Shown here piece by piece: positions 1 through 13,765 of a DNA stretch of 64,000 nucleotides (positions are counted from its first letter, which is position 1; every line of letters begins with the position of its first letter). Position numbers and translations under genes: made by a program. The stretch spans positions 3,720,001 through 3,784,000 of the forward strand of contig NC_089433.1 of the NCBI RefSeq assembly GCF_026210795.1, read 5' to 3'. This DNA is from Rhizophagus irregularis (lineage: Eukaryota). The notes under the pieces are model-generated. The model saw only the letters and a program-made list of their open reading frames with translations. It was not told the origin of the DNA and made no database searches.

Positions 1-551
1 TTTTCTCAAAAAATGCTTTGTTTTTACTTTTTTGATAAAAAAAAAAAGTTCATTAATTATTGTAAATAACAGGATATTAAGAAAAAAGCTTCCTTCTTTC
101 ATTGTAGAATATTCAATGCTTGAAGAATATGATGTTCCTTTAAATGTAAAATTTGATGTTATTAGCCATATTTCTTAAATATAATACAAAATATTGTGCT
201 TGGTAGATGAAATCCTCACAAGATACATAATTTAGTAACTGAATAAAAAAAATATTCTTGAAAAATTTGGGTTGACCAGGATAAATTGAAAACACTAAAG
301 AAAAGCTCTAAATTAATTTAAGTTTTTAAGAATTTTTCTCGTTTTTTAAATTATGATTGTCGAAAAATAACTTTAAATTTTTAAGGGAGAACAATAAATA
401 TCATAATTCTAATAATATTAAATACTTTTCTTGGGGACAAAATCCCCTCGCTAAGAAAATCATCTGAAAAAACTTAATTTGCTAGTTTAACTTTATTTAT
501 TTGATTTATTTGTAAGAAAATTCAAATATGATAATCACTAATTCATAGTAA

Positions 552-2761
552 TTAATAAATAAATTTTCCACCATTTAATGCATGATTCCAAGCATGATAC
601 CAAAGATGTTGCTTTGGTTCAATTGGAATATCTCCTTTACTTTTTAATCCATTAATCCAATATTTAAGTGGTGTCTCTCCATTATTTTGTATAGTTGGTT
701 GTAAACAATCAAGCACATATTTAAATAATAAATCACCAGTAAGAACAGGGATTTTAAGTACACTAGCAATATAATCAGCTGATTTGGCTTTAATACATAT
801 TGGAGCCCAAAGATCTGCTACATTTGGACTGTCCATATGCCAACTTCCGTCGTTATTATCTACACTAGCTCCAAATACAAAAACATGCTTAGAAGTTAAT
901 TCTGAAAGTTCTCTAACATCATAATAATAATAAGGGTGAAGATTCAATGGATCTTCATAATCATATTGTTCAAGTGGATCTCTAAAATAAATTTTTAAGT
1001 TAAATTTGAGATTTCTTATGATGAAAATAATTATTTTGACACATTAAAACACTTACATGTTTTTGGCATGACCATTTTTTTTTTCGTTACTTAAAATTAA
1101 ATAATGTTAATAAATAAACACATAAGTATAAATAAATACAGAAAAGTTGACATATACTTTATGATTTCCAGATCTTCACTAGGTAAGATTACAACAGAAG
1201 CTGTCCAAATAGCACTTACGGTACAATCATAATGGGTAGAAACATAGTTGTAATGATAGCTGTAATGGATATGTTACTATTTACTGGAGAAGTAATCTTG
1301 ATTCCAGTTCTATTAACACTAATGTTATAAATATTACGAAAGCACTCAAATGATGAAATTGGCTCAGTATAGGGACGAATAGATTCAAAAATAGCTTGAG
1401 TTTCCGGGTCATGTACTAATGCATCTGATTTTTTTTGTTTAATAGGAAATTTTTGAATTATGTCATAAGCTATTGGTAATAAATCTTTATCAAGATTTGA
1501 AAGTCTAGAATAATTATCAATTGCAAATTGGCGAAACCATCCTCTTGTCAATGTAGTGCAAATCCTAGCAAGTGCTAAACTGTAAGAAGTTTCTTGATTT
1601 TTGGAAATCATTGGAATAAGATATCTTTCAAGTGCAATTACCATTGCTTCTTCTTTAACGCAATTAAGCTTTGTTTTATAGTCAAGGTTCTCAAAAAGAG
1701 ATTTTTTTGTCCATGCTTTAGACTATTTTGCATTTTTTTTTTATGTTAGTATTTAGGTTTTATACAAATAATGACTTATAATAATTAAATTTTTATACCT
1801 GATCATCTTTTAAACTTTTATAAATTGGTTGATCACCATATTTAACGAGTTCATGTAAGTAATCATGGGGAACATGCTTTTGTACAAATAGAATGTCTTC
1901 GTGATCCAAGAATTCTTCATTGGTCATATTTAATTTGATGTGTGCGCCTGGTTTACCTCGTATGATTTCAGTTTCCTTGATACGAGTCTTTAACATAAGT
2001 TCAATTGGCTTATCACGTTGTGGACTGCATAATGGTTGAGTCATTGATACTTTATTATATCCCAATAAAATTCTTAACAAATGTAAGTCTGCAATATTCT
2101 TTTGAAAATCAGCTGGCCAATAAATGTGAGATGTTTTCAAAGCTTCAAGAATTTTTAATGGAGCAACAATACATGGAAAACTTGATAATAATGGAAACAA
2201 CATTTTATCTTCAATATTGCGACACAAATCACTAATCATCAGAGCACTTATTTTTTGTTGAATATCATTAAACATTTCAAATTCAATTTTACTTTCACTT
2301 AAGTTTATGTTGTCCTCAACATAGTTGTCATCTTCATTATTATTATCATTCTCATCACTTTCTTCTTCATTTAGAATAACATTTGACTTCATATTTCTAA
2401 GATCCATTTTATCAGAGACAAGTTCAATATCAAAGTTGATAGATTTTCCATTTGTAAATGGGTCAATACACCCTCCAACAAGTTTTAATCCACCCCCTGG
2501 ATAATGAATTAATTTTATATTTTTAAAAGTTACATTAGAACTTTTAGCTTTATTAATAAATAAAGTTGATTGTGAAGGGGTTGCAACTAAATCCCAATCA
2601 TTAGGTTCACGGAAGAAAGGCACGTGCCATTTTGCAGCACGAGAACCAATAAGCACAGGATATTTTATAAGAGAAGTGCAGCCTCCATCAATTTTGGAGA
2701 TATTATTTAGAATTGATAATATTTTCTTAGAATTATAAGCGAGGGTTTGAGGTTTAATCAT
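552..2761 (-). CDS. Putative nucleotidyltransferase-family protein (phage-like), 4 exons, with an apparent internal frameshift
   Basis: The N-terminal motif VLIGSRAAKWH..REPNDWDLV fits the GS..DxD Pol-beta-type NTase signature. Exon 1 (2761-1799) and a GT-AG intron (1798-1723) splice in frame to SKAWTKKSLFENL..EEAMVIALERYLIP. The small exon (~1089-1057) and last exon (~982-552) splice in frame to ..SEDLEII, but that frame is offset by 1 nt from the upstream frame at ~1220-1275. Confidence 0.65.
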
Positions 2762-4612
2762 TTTTTTTTAATAAAATTTTTAATTTATCAGATGAGTTGG
2801 AAACAAAAAAAAAAAAATACTTAGGGGTTTAGTTAAATAATCGAATATAGTGTTTCTATTTTTGTATTAACTTTCTTTTCTTACGTAAACATTAACGTTA
2901 AATTAACACATGATTATCAATGTGAAGTGTTGTATAATCAACAAAAAGGTTTAAATTAAAAATCATGTTCAGGAAAGGATGTCTCAAACAAAATTATGAA
3001 CTTCAAATTATAATAGTAAGAGATTAAACAACACATGCAGAAATCAAGGAGAATAAGGTGAAATCAAATAGAAGGAATAAATCATATTATAGAAAATGTG
3101 ATTTTTTTTTTAATTAATTTTCATATTTTGTTATATCATTATGATAAATAATGAAATAGTGAATTGTAATTTGAATTTTAATATAAGTATTAAATTATCC
3201 GTACATTTAATTTGCTGATGATCCAATATTTGTAATAATTATTATAAATTATATATTTCAATGTCAATATTCGTGATCGTCAATGATAAATATTATGTGA
3301 TTTGATGAGATCGATCATTGGGTCAAAATGCACGTGATTAATTGATATCTTGGAATATTTTTATAATTTGGTTATTCCATTTTAAACCAAGGCATCTTTG
3401 GTGTTAAGCTTAACTTAGTGTTAAAATGTGTTTATTTGTATACGCTGATATCAATTAATCCATAAAAAAAACTAAATAAAAATAAATTCTTCCATTTTAC
3501 TTACTATATATTAATGATAGGATTAATTTTATTACGTTCTTTTAATAGTCCTTCATATAGAAAATAAACAAAATTTAATGAACAAATCATACCAAATGAT
3601 AAAATTGATAGACTGTCACTCATAGACAAAATACTAGTTGGATTTTTGAATGGCAGAAAGGAATCCTTTCTCATAATAATTTATTTATATAATTTGTTAG
3701 ATAAAAAATTTTTTATAGATAAGTCATAATAATAAAAATAGAGAGAAAATCACTGTAGATGAGTTTATAAATAAAGTTACTGATAGTATAGTAGGTCAAC
3801 TACTGGGCGGTCATTCTTGAAAAACAAGAACCAATAAATTACACACAAATAGACAGAACCCACTTGTGCTGCTTTGAAGGAAATTATATTGCAAGTATGT
3901 GACTAATATATCTAGTTATCTAATAAAAGAAAAATAACTTGTTTTATTTTACACAGTATACCATATTAATCTTTAGAGCGTCTGAAGTGCTATAATCACA
4001 ATAAAGGATATAAACATCATTAAATTTATTATAAATATTAAATTATATGTTAGATTATATGTTAAAAGTTAGTGCTTTGTTGCAAATTTTTAATTTATTT
4101 CTAGTTTATTCAGTTTAACTCAGTTTAATTATGATTGAAACTCCTGATTGTGAAGGGATTTGCTTTCTAAGAATTTTTTTTGCTGTAAATTTTTAAAACA
4201 GAAAGGGCATCTTAAAACATTAGGTCAATTAATTATGCAAATAATTAAAATACTTATTTGTAAATAAATGTTAATATATTATACATTTCATACCAATTAA
4301 ACAAATTTTAAAAACGCCAATATGATGAAAATTGCAGATCTATCCATTCCAAGTTAGAACATTTATATTATTTCCACAAAAATTGAATCAGAACTCTTTA
4401 CTCATAAAAATGATTTACTTGAATTTCAATATAATATTATATCATCAAAAAAGCTTTTTTATTTTAATATGAGAACTTGGGAGCTCTTGATGCTTTAAAA
4501 TGATAAAATTGAAAACTTTCGTTTAAAGGAACTTTTTATATTAATATAAAGTTTACTATATAAAAATCTTTGAATATTCGGTTATAGTTGAACAAAAATA
4601 GTTAGACCCGAG

Positions 4613-4690
4613 TAACGTGGCTTGCATTGTGAAACGAAATTTATACTTATTTTATCTAGTCAATGATTATATAATTGTACATCAATATAA
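4613..4690 (+). promoter_or_regulatory. Conserved upstream element of the + strand BTB genes (representative copy)
   Basis: The block GCATTGTGAAACGAAATTTATACTTAT..CTAG...AGATTATATAATTGTACATCAAT recurs ~50-160 nt before the start codon at ~6645, 9960, 13615, 28090, 30915, 33760 and 34575, and is inverted at ~40690-40780. Regulatory function is inferred. Confidence 0.55.
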
Positions 4691-4775
4691 TAATTATTAT
4701 TTAACTTGCCAAATTTAAAAAAAAGTTTTTTTTTCTCTTTTTTTTATTTTTTTTTTAAGAAAAAAATCGTAAATA

Positions 4776-6280
4776 ATGTCTACTGAATTGTTTTCTAAAT
4801 TATTAAGCCAAAACTATATTGAACTATTAGAAGATAACGAATATTATGATATTACAATTGAAGTTGGTGAAGATCCTAATGTAAAAATTTTTCGTGCTCA
4901 CATGAATATTTTGTGTTACCGTTCTCCATATTTACGACGAATATTAGCTTCCAATAAAAAGAACAACGATAACGTATTAACCCATATTAAATTACCGAAT
5001 ATATCACCGAAAAATTTTGAAATTATTTTAAGGTAAGCTTTTTAATTCTCACAATCAAATTTATATTACTATAAATAATTAATATTTAAATTTTTTATTA
5101 TAGGTATATTTATGGTGGAATTATTTCATTGAATGGACAAGAAACTTCGGAAATTTTAAATACATTGGTAGCTGCGGATGAGCTTCATCTTCAAGAGCTA
5201 GTTAATTATTTACAAAAATATTTAGTTGAAAATAATTCTGAATGGTTAGAACAACATTTTGAACTTATTCATCGGACAAGCTTCCAATCTAATAATTTAT
5301 CAGAACTTCAACAATTTTGTACAAACTTAATGGCTGAATTTCCCGAAAGAATATTTAAGTCATTTGATTTTACTTCCCTTCCTGAAAAATCTCTAATTTC
5401 ACTCATTAAAAAGGATGATTTACAAATGAAAGAATTTGAAGTGTGGGAACATGTATTAAAATGGGGTTTTGCACAAAATCCAAATCTTGTTTCAGACCCT
5501 GACGCTTGGTCAGACGATGATTTCGAAACAATGAAAAATACTTTGCAAAATTGTTTGCCCTTAATTCGATTTTTTTGCTTATCATCTAAAGAATTAACAC
5601 AAAAAGTTCGTCCGTATCAAAAACTCTTAAGTAAACAACTTTATGAAGACTTAATAGATTCTTATATGGACCCTGATAGGGTATCAACTGATAATATTTT
5701 ATTTCCTAGAAATATCAAAACTATTGATTCAAAATTAGTTAATTCAAATATTGTTTCATTTATTTCAAGAAGGATTGATAAAATAGATGTTAATTATAAT
5801 AGAAAATTTACTTATATTAGAGAATATCTACCGTACAAATTTAAATTATTATTAAGAGGAAGTAGAGATGGATTTACTCCTAAAAAATTTCATGAATTAT
5901 GTGATGATATATCTAATACTGTTACGTTTTTTAAAGTAAAAGGGGAGAATGAAATTATTGGCGGATATAATCCTTTAAAATGGATGTCTTCTGATGGATC
6001 TTGGCATAAAACTGATGAAAGTTTTATTTTTTCTTTTAAAAATAAGGATATTAATAATGCAATAATTAGTGATATAGAAGAAACAAATTGTGGCTTTTAT
6101 AATGGCTTTCAATATGGTCCATCCTTTGGCAATGATATTAATATATTTAATTCTAACGATCAATTTGCAGATTATAATAATATTAGTTATTCGAAGCAAC
6201 ATTATAAAAAGAAGATAAGAGATTCTAGAGGTGATTTTAATATAGAAGATTACGAAGTATTTCAAATCGTAAAACGCTAG
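4776..6280 (+). CDS. BTB/POZ-BACK-TLDc protein (copy 1), 477 aa
   Basis: Exons 4776-5032 and 5104-6280, GT-AG intron 5033-5103. BTB motifs DITIEVG..FRAHMNIL..RSPY, BACK DDLQM.E..VWE.VLKWG, TLDc LLLRGSRDGF..FHELCD..GGYNP..SFIFSF..GP.FG..IEDYEVF. Confidence 0.92.
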
Positions 6281-6761
6281 TTTTATGAGACAAATAAATT
6301 CCTATTACCATAAGAAATCGAAATTATAAACTAAGGATTTTAATTGGAGAACGTATTCGTGTTTTATTTTAATCATTTTTCTTTTTTTTTTACATTACTG
6401 AAATAATTCCATAGTTCCGTAGCTTGTATTACGTTTAATACTCGGACATTTACCAATCTTTTCTCTTATGAAAGCTTTATGTATTAAAGTAAACCTATTT
6501 TTTAATGCAAATAACAAATAAATATAAATAAATCATAAATTTTTTTTTAAAATCCAAAAATAATAACAAAAAATTCCGCAACAAAAAGTTCAAATGTATT
6601 AAATGTATTGTATTGTCGTATTTGTATTTATTAACTTTATTTATAACGTATCTTGCATTATGAAACGAAAATATCTAGCCATAGATTATAATTGTAACAA
6701 TTATTATTAACAAATTTAAAAAAAAATTTTTTTTTTTTAATAAAAAAAAATTCGTAAAATA

Positions 6762-8189
6762 ATGTCTACTGAACTGTTTCTAAATTATTAAGTTGAAAAT
6801 TATATTAAACTACTATTAGAAGATAATGAATATTATGATATTACAATTGAAGTTTTTCGTATTCATATGAATATTTTATGTTATTTCACGAAGATTGATT
6901 TCTAGTAAGATAATGTTATCACACATTAAATTACCAAATATCACCGGAAAATTTTCAAATTATTTTAGTGTAAATTTTTTTAAATATTATACACTCAAAC
7001 TTATCTACATAATTTTTTTTATGTAGGTATATTTATGGTGGTATGTTTTCGTTAAATAAACTTGACATTTCAGATTTTCTTAAAATTTTGGCGCTGCAGA
7101 TAACCTTCATCTTCAAGAACTAGTATTGAAAATAATTCAAATTGGATGGAGCAACATTTTGGGTTTACTCAACAAATTAGTTCACAATCTAATAATTTAT
7201 TAGAATTTTGTACAAATTAAATGTGAAAAAAAATATTTAAATCTTTTGATTTCACTCACTTTTTGAAAATCTTTAATTTTACTTATTAAAAGAGCCCCGT
7301 AAAAAAAGTCGATCCGTTTTTTATATTCCATCTTTTTTCCGTAAAAGGCTCATATTTCCGGAATTAATAACCTTATATCACGGAATTTATCGAATTATTT
7401 ACATTTTCCGTTGAATGGATCCGGGTTTTTACAAAAATAGCGGATAAAATTTTTATAGAAGAAATTGAAGTATGGGAGCATTTACTAAAATGGGGTCTTG
7501 CAGAGAATCCAAATCTTATTCCAGATCCTAAATCTTACTTCAAAACGATAAAAATATTGTTTACCTTTATTTAGATTTTTTTGGTTTATCATTTTGAGAA
7601 TTCTCATAAAAAGTTCGACCATATCAAAAACTAGATCGACAACTATTAAATATCTTGGTAGTGTGTTAAAATACAACGTTCAAGAAAAATTAATGATTCT
7701 CAAATTAATGATTGATCCTAATATTATTTCAACTGTTTCAAAATGGGTTGAATAAAGTGGTTATTAATGATGTTTACCATATAAAATTTGAACTATCTAT
7801 AAAAGGATATACTCCTAATAATTATGTGATGATAAATCTGATACTGTTACATTTATTAAAGTAAATGGGATGGAAGAAATTGTTGGTGGATATAATTCTT
7901 TAAATGGGAATCTTCTAATATTTGGGAACTAATGATAGTTTTATTTTTCTTTTAATAATAGAAATATTGAAGATGTTATAATAAGTAATGTTAAAAATAC
8001 AGATCACGCATTGAATTATCGCTCTGATTATAGTACATATTTTGGCCGAGATATTATTACATCATATAGTTCTAGTGATCAATTTACAGACTATGACAGT
8101 ATTCGCTGTAAAAAGGAAAATGATAAGAGATTCTGAAGGTTTATTTTTCTATAGAAGATTACGAAGTATTTCAAAACATAAAGCTCTAG
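6762..8189 (+). pseudogene. BTB-BACK-TLDc pseudogene
   Basis: Starts ATGTCTACTGAACTG like the intact copies and keeps the intron remnant and the GAAGATTACGAAGTATTTCAA end. Carries many deletions and frameshifts plus a ~165-bp insertion. Confidence 0.85.
7295..7458. mobile_element. Small MITE-like insertion in the pseudogene BACK region
   Basis: Interrupts the IKR|..|EIEVWE coding sequence. Begins CCCCGTAAAAAAA and ends ATTTTTATAG (degenerate inverted ends). Confidence 0.45.
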
Positions 8190-9099
8190 TTTTATTGGGA
8201 CAAAATAATTTCTTATTATCATAAGAAATTATTAAGATTTTAATTGGACGGAACATCAGTATTCGTACCTTATTTTAACTTTTTTTCTTTTCTTTTCTTT
8301 TTTTACAACTAGACTGGATTAGATACCCGTATTTCCGGTAATTAATAATTAATACGGTTTAGGTAACGTCATTTTTACAATAAATAAAGTTTAAAATAAA
8401 AACAGATATGATTATTGCATATTATAGTAAGAAGATAACAAAAATGATACAACAAAAAATTCCATATTTAAAAAATTTAATAATGTACAACATTACTGTA
8501 CTTATAGATAATGGATATAATAGCACTTTCATGCGTATTTGCACAATATATGATGTTATCTTTTAAAATATGAAGAAACGTGATAAAAATGGGGAATGGG
8601 CACTTGCTTTAATTAACATTGTTTTGTGCCAAGGGTCAATATTATATAAACAATTTTCTAAAAATTGAATATGCCCTGTTTTATTCTGACGAAGTATTTC
8701 ATGAATCAAAACTTTGATAAAATATCTAATTTTAACAAACTTCTTTGTTTACAAAATAAAGTGGCATCAATATCTTTTCAGAAACATATGAAAAAATTAA
8801 TTATCTCTAGATAATGAACGTGTGATTAAAGGAAAAATTAAATCAGTCCTATTATTATAAGATATAAACGGGACCCAGAAATATACTGTATATATGGATC
8901 GGGTGGAGAAAAATTTTTTTACTATGAATTGTACACAGAAACTTTTTATATGAGTAATACGCATAATTGACACCTGATATTGAAAATCCTGCAAAAATAC
9001 GCAAATAAAATTCAAACATTAAGTTATAATTATTTTATCATGACTTCTATATTATTTATAAAACCAAATACTACTGTGAAAAAATAGAATTTATTCTAA

Positions 9100-9358
9100 T
9101 TGTAGTTGAGGTATAACTAAAGATAGTACTATTTTTCTTTTACGAATAGGAATATTAAAGATGCAATTATTAGTAACGCAATAAATGTAAATCGTGCAAT
9201 TTATTGTAACATTGATTGTGATCCATATTTTGGCGATGATATTATTATATGGAATTCTAAAAGTTAATCTATAGATTATTATGGAATTTGCTGCAATATT
9301 ATGAAAAAAAGATGAGAGATTCTGAGATTGCGAAGTATTTTAAATCATAAAGCGCTAG
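9100..9358 (+). pseudogene. Isolated TLDc C-terminal fragment
   Basis: GGTATAACTAAAGATAG..GATGCAATTATTAGTAA..CCATATTTTGGCGATGATATT..AAAGCGCTAG matches the 3' end of the intact copies (closest to copy 31056). No BTB/BACK upstream. Confidence 0.75.
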
Positions 9359-9699
9359 TTTGAGATAAAAATAATTTTATTTCATATAAAAAATCGATAT
9401 TACAAACTATTAGGATTTTAATTGTAGGGAACGTATTCGTATTCGTCACTACGGACTAAAAGATTTGAAGGTCCTTTGGAATTTTCGTCTTAGTGGCTGG
9501 GCAAGATATTGGTTTGCAATAATGTAGGATAAAATTGTACTATTTGAATATTAAATGAAAACTTTGGGTGGGTGGGTATCAAAGTCGTAGAGTTAGATCT
9601 ACTGTAGAAGTTGAATTAAGGTTAGAATCGCAGATCTAAATTAAAAGTATTGCTTTTATATCTATATTTTAAATAAATACACTATGAGTTCTGCAACAA

Positions 9700-9931
9700 A
9701 CCATGGCGAATTTATGAAATACTCCAAAATTTGTCCGTCATGTAAATTAAATAAAAAATATTTGACAATTGACAGTATTTTAACAAAATTTATTAGTGAT
9801 CAGTCAAAAATGAGTCCCAAAAAATTTTTTGTACCCCAAATCTTGTCTCTAATCAATTTTTCCAGCGTCATTATTTGACATTTTTTGGATTCCAGAGGGA
9901 GCATGTCAAATTTCATAAATCCGTCGCAATG
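9700..9931. mobile_element. Degenerate copy of the ~310-bp promoter MITE
   Basis: Ends GGCGAATTTATGAAAT / ATTTCATAAATCCGTCGCAATG. Internal sequence homologous to 30587-30898. Confidence 0.55.
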
Positions 9932-10079
9932 TTATGTTAATTAACTTTATTAGTAAGTTGGGCTTGAATTGTGAAACAATTGTGTAACGAAATTTATATT
10001 TTACATATATCTAGCCACGGGTACATCATAATACCAAATTTTTTTAAAAAAAAATTTTTTAAAAAAAATTCGTAAAATA

Positions 10080-11586
10080 ATGTCTACTATACTGTTTTCT
10101 AAATTGTTAAGTCAAAATTATATTGAACTATTAGAAGATAATGAATACTATGATATTACAATTGAAGTTGGTGAAGATCCTAATGTAAAAATATTTCGTG
10201 CTCATATGAATATTTTATGTTACCGTTCTCCATATTTACGACGAATATTAGCTTCCAATAAAAGAAACAACGATAACGTATTAGCCCATATTAAATTACC
10301 AAATTTATCACCGGAAATTTTTCAAATTATTTTAAGGTAAACTTTTTGTTTATTTTTACAATCGAACTTAATTAAATAAATCACTTAATTCTATATTTCA
10401 ATATAGGTATATTTATGGCGGTATTCTTTCATTGAATGGACAAGAAACTTCAGATATTTTAAATACGTTGATAGCTGCAGATGTACTTCATCTTCAGGAA
10501 CTAGTTAATTATTTACAAAATTATTTAATTGAAAATAATTCTGAATGGTTAGAACAGCATTTTGAACTTATTCATCGGACAAGCTTCCAATCTAATAATT
10601 TATCGAAACTTCAACAATTTTGCATAAATTTAATGGCTGAAAATCCTGAAAAAATATTTGAATCGGTTGAGTTTACTTCTCTTCCTGAAAAATCTTTAAT
10701 TTCGCTTATTAAAAAGGATGATTTACAAATGAGAGAAATTGATGTATGGGAACATGTGTTAAAATGGGGTCTTACACAAAACCCGACTCTTGTTTCAGAT
10801 TCTAAAAATTGGTCAGATGATGATTTCAAAACAATGAAAAATACCCTACAAAATTGTTTGCCGTTAATTAGATTTTATTGTTTATCATCTATTGAATTCT
10901 CGCAAAAAGTTCGACCATATAAAAAACTTTTAAGTCAACAACTATATGAGGATTTATTAAATTCCTATTTGGATCCTAATAGTATATCAGCCGATAATAT
11001 TTTACTTCCTAGAAAGATTAGAATGGATAAAATTATCGATTCAAAAATAGTTAATTTAAATATAGTTTCAGTTATTTCAAGAAGAATTGATAAAATTGAA
11101 ACTGGTTATAATATCAAATTTGCTCATATTAGAGAATTTCATTTATCATACAAATTTAAATTATTATTAAGAGGAAGTAGAGATGGATTTACTCCTGAAA
11201 AATTTCATGAATTATGTGATGGTATATCTAATACTGTTACATTTATTAAAATAAATGGGATGGAAGAAATTGTTGGGGGATATAATCCTTTAAAATGGAA
11301 AAATAGTGGTTTGGGTAAAACTAATGATAGTTTTATATTTTCTTTTAATAATAAAAATATTATAGATTTTGTCATAAGTAATGTTAAAAATACAGATCAT
11401 GCATTGAATAATAGTCACTTTAATTTTGGTCCATATTTTGGTCAAGATATTATCATATATAGTTCTAAAGATCAATTTACAGATTATGATAGAATTCGCT
11501 GTAAAAAGCAATGTTATGAAAAAAAAATAAGAGATTCTGAAGATTATTTTTCTATAGAGGATTACGAAGTATTTCAGATCGTATAG
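10080..11586 (+). CDS. BTB/POZ-BACK-TLDc protein (copy 2)
   Basis: Exons 10080-10336 and 10407-11586, GT-AG intron. All family motifs intact. Confidence 0.92.
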
Positions 11587-13765
11587 TGTTAGTTTTATTA
11601 TGACAAAATAATTTCTTGTTATCATAAGAAATCGATGAAGATTTTAATTAGAAGAAACGTATTTGAATTTTTTTCACAATTAAAACATTATTGTAATAAT
11701 TCCATACCTCCATAGCTTGTAGTACGTTTAATACTATTATACTGATTACTCAAAAAAAAAAAAAAAAGATGCGCATTTTGTTGAAACTGTTGAATTTTAA
11801 CCTTCAAATTTTCCGGTGCACATCAAAGTAATCAAACTGCTTCTTCCTATGAATCTGTAATACTATAAAGAATTTTTTTTGTACATCGGAATAAAAACTA
11901 GTAAATTTGATTAGTACTTTAAAAATTGTAAGATAAAAAAAATTTTTTATTTATTTAATCTAAAAAATATTATATAATTTAGTCTTAAGTAGTCACATTA
12001 TGTAGCGACGGATGTATAAAAAGTTGCCCCAAATATAATATACAAAGGTATTATGGATAATATTTAATTTAATTAATTATAAATTAAACATTTTAGGATA
12101 TGGTTTTATTATTAACGCTTACTACTGTCTACTGTACTAGATTTTTATATAACGATGACGCGCAAACGTCACACATCATTTAATCTTTGTCTATCATTAA
12201 AATTATGTCCTTTGCGTTTAAAATTATCATTTATAAACATCAGTACACCAATCACATCACATCATAATCATTTTAATGACACTTACCATCGCTCGGAGAA
12301 AATTTCATTCAATTTCATTGAGTTTATTTTAATTAGATAGCACCTTCTGCTACATTTAGATAACATGTAACATAATCCTGCGTCAAATTCTTATTTTAGG
12401 TCGTATGGATTGTTTAGCCGTAATTGGAGTCGTGTTGATACAAAATCCGTATCATTCCATTTCGAGTCATATATTCCATTTAGGAATTCTTAAAAACTCA
12501 AAAAAACTCAGTGATATAGTAGTAAAGCTCAAATAGTTTTCAAGATTTTTTATATGAAGGATATTAAAAATCCATACTAGAAAAATTTTAATTTTGTATA
12601 CATAGACGAAAAAGTTTAAAGGAGTATTTATAAAAAAAGAAAAACTTTATTTTTAATTAAATTTATTTTTCTTTGGATTAAATTGATTTTTTTTTTTTTT
12701 TTTGGTTTAAATTAAAAAATTTCTATTTATTGTATTAAAATGACAAATAAAAATATTTCTATTGTGATTCATTCTTTATTATTATCTTAGATAATTCTAA
12801 ATACTGTACAAACATTAAAGTTCTTTCTTAAAAATTTTATATTCCTTTATCACTTACAAGTTACAATCTTAAATTTCATTGTAACCTCGTCTTAAGTCGA
12901 AACTGAGTAGTGGTATCGCGGGACATGATATTGTCGAAATAGATGAAAAAGAAATCGTATTTTAAATATAGCTCGCGATTTAATTTTTGTTGCAAAGTTA
13001 ATGTACTATATTTGTATTTCAAATCATTTACATCAAAATCAATTTCATAAACCTTCTTGTAAATTTATAAAGTATATTGAACAAGTGAAATGTCGCGCAT
13101 TAATAATATCATTTGACTGCGGTAGAAGACATTTGCTGCGTTGTTTCCGTGGTGACTCTTTGTATGGTTTCTGTCGATTGGTCTAGACGAACGTAAAATA
13201 TATTCTTATTTATTTAAAAAGAATTCTTTTTGCGGTAATAAAATTATGAGGCCGCCAAAAGTAAGGGAAGTTACGAATAAATTTCTTTTTTTTAAAAAAT
13301 AACGTCGAAATATATCACCCACTAAGCGAATGAGGCAAGAAAAAATTAAAATTTGGTATAGATAATAAAAATATTAAATATTTTGAAGGTTTAAAGACCA
13401 AAACAGTTGAAAGTATTTTTTTTCATACGAAACGATTTTGAATGAGGTGTAAAGTTAAAACGTAAAGTAAAAGATTTATTGTATTTGGAATTTTTTTTTT
13501 TCGCAAAAATTAATACAAAAAAATTTTTTTTTATACAAATAAAAGATAAGTGAAACTCGGAATTGTAGATCTAAATTAACATTACTCTATTAACTTTATT
13601 TATAACGTAAGTATAACGTACCTTGCATTGTGAAACAGAAATTTATACTTATATGTCTAGTTACAGATTATATAATTGTACATCAATATATTTAACTTTG
13701 CTAAATTTAAAAAAAAGTTTTTTTTTCCGTTTTTATTTTTTATTTTTTTTTTAATATGAAAAATA

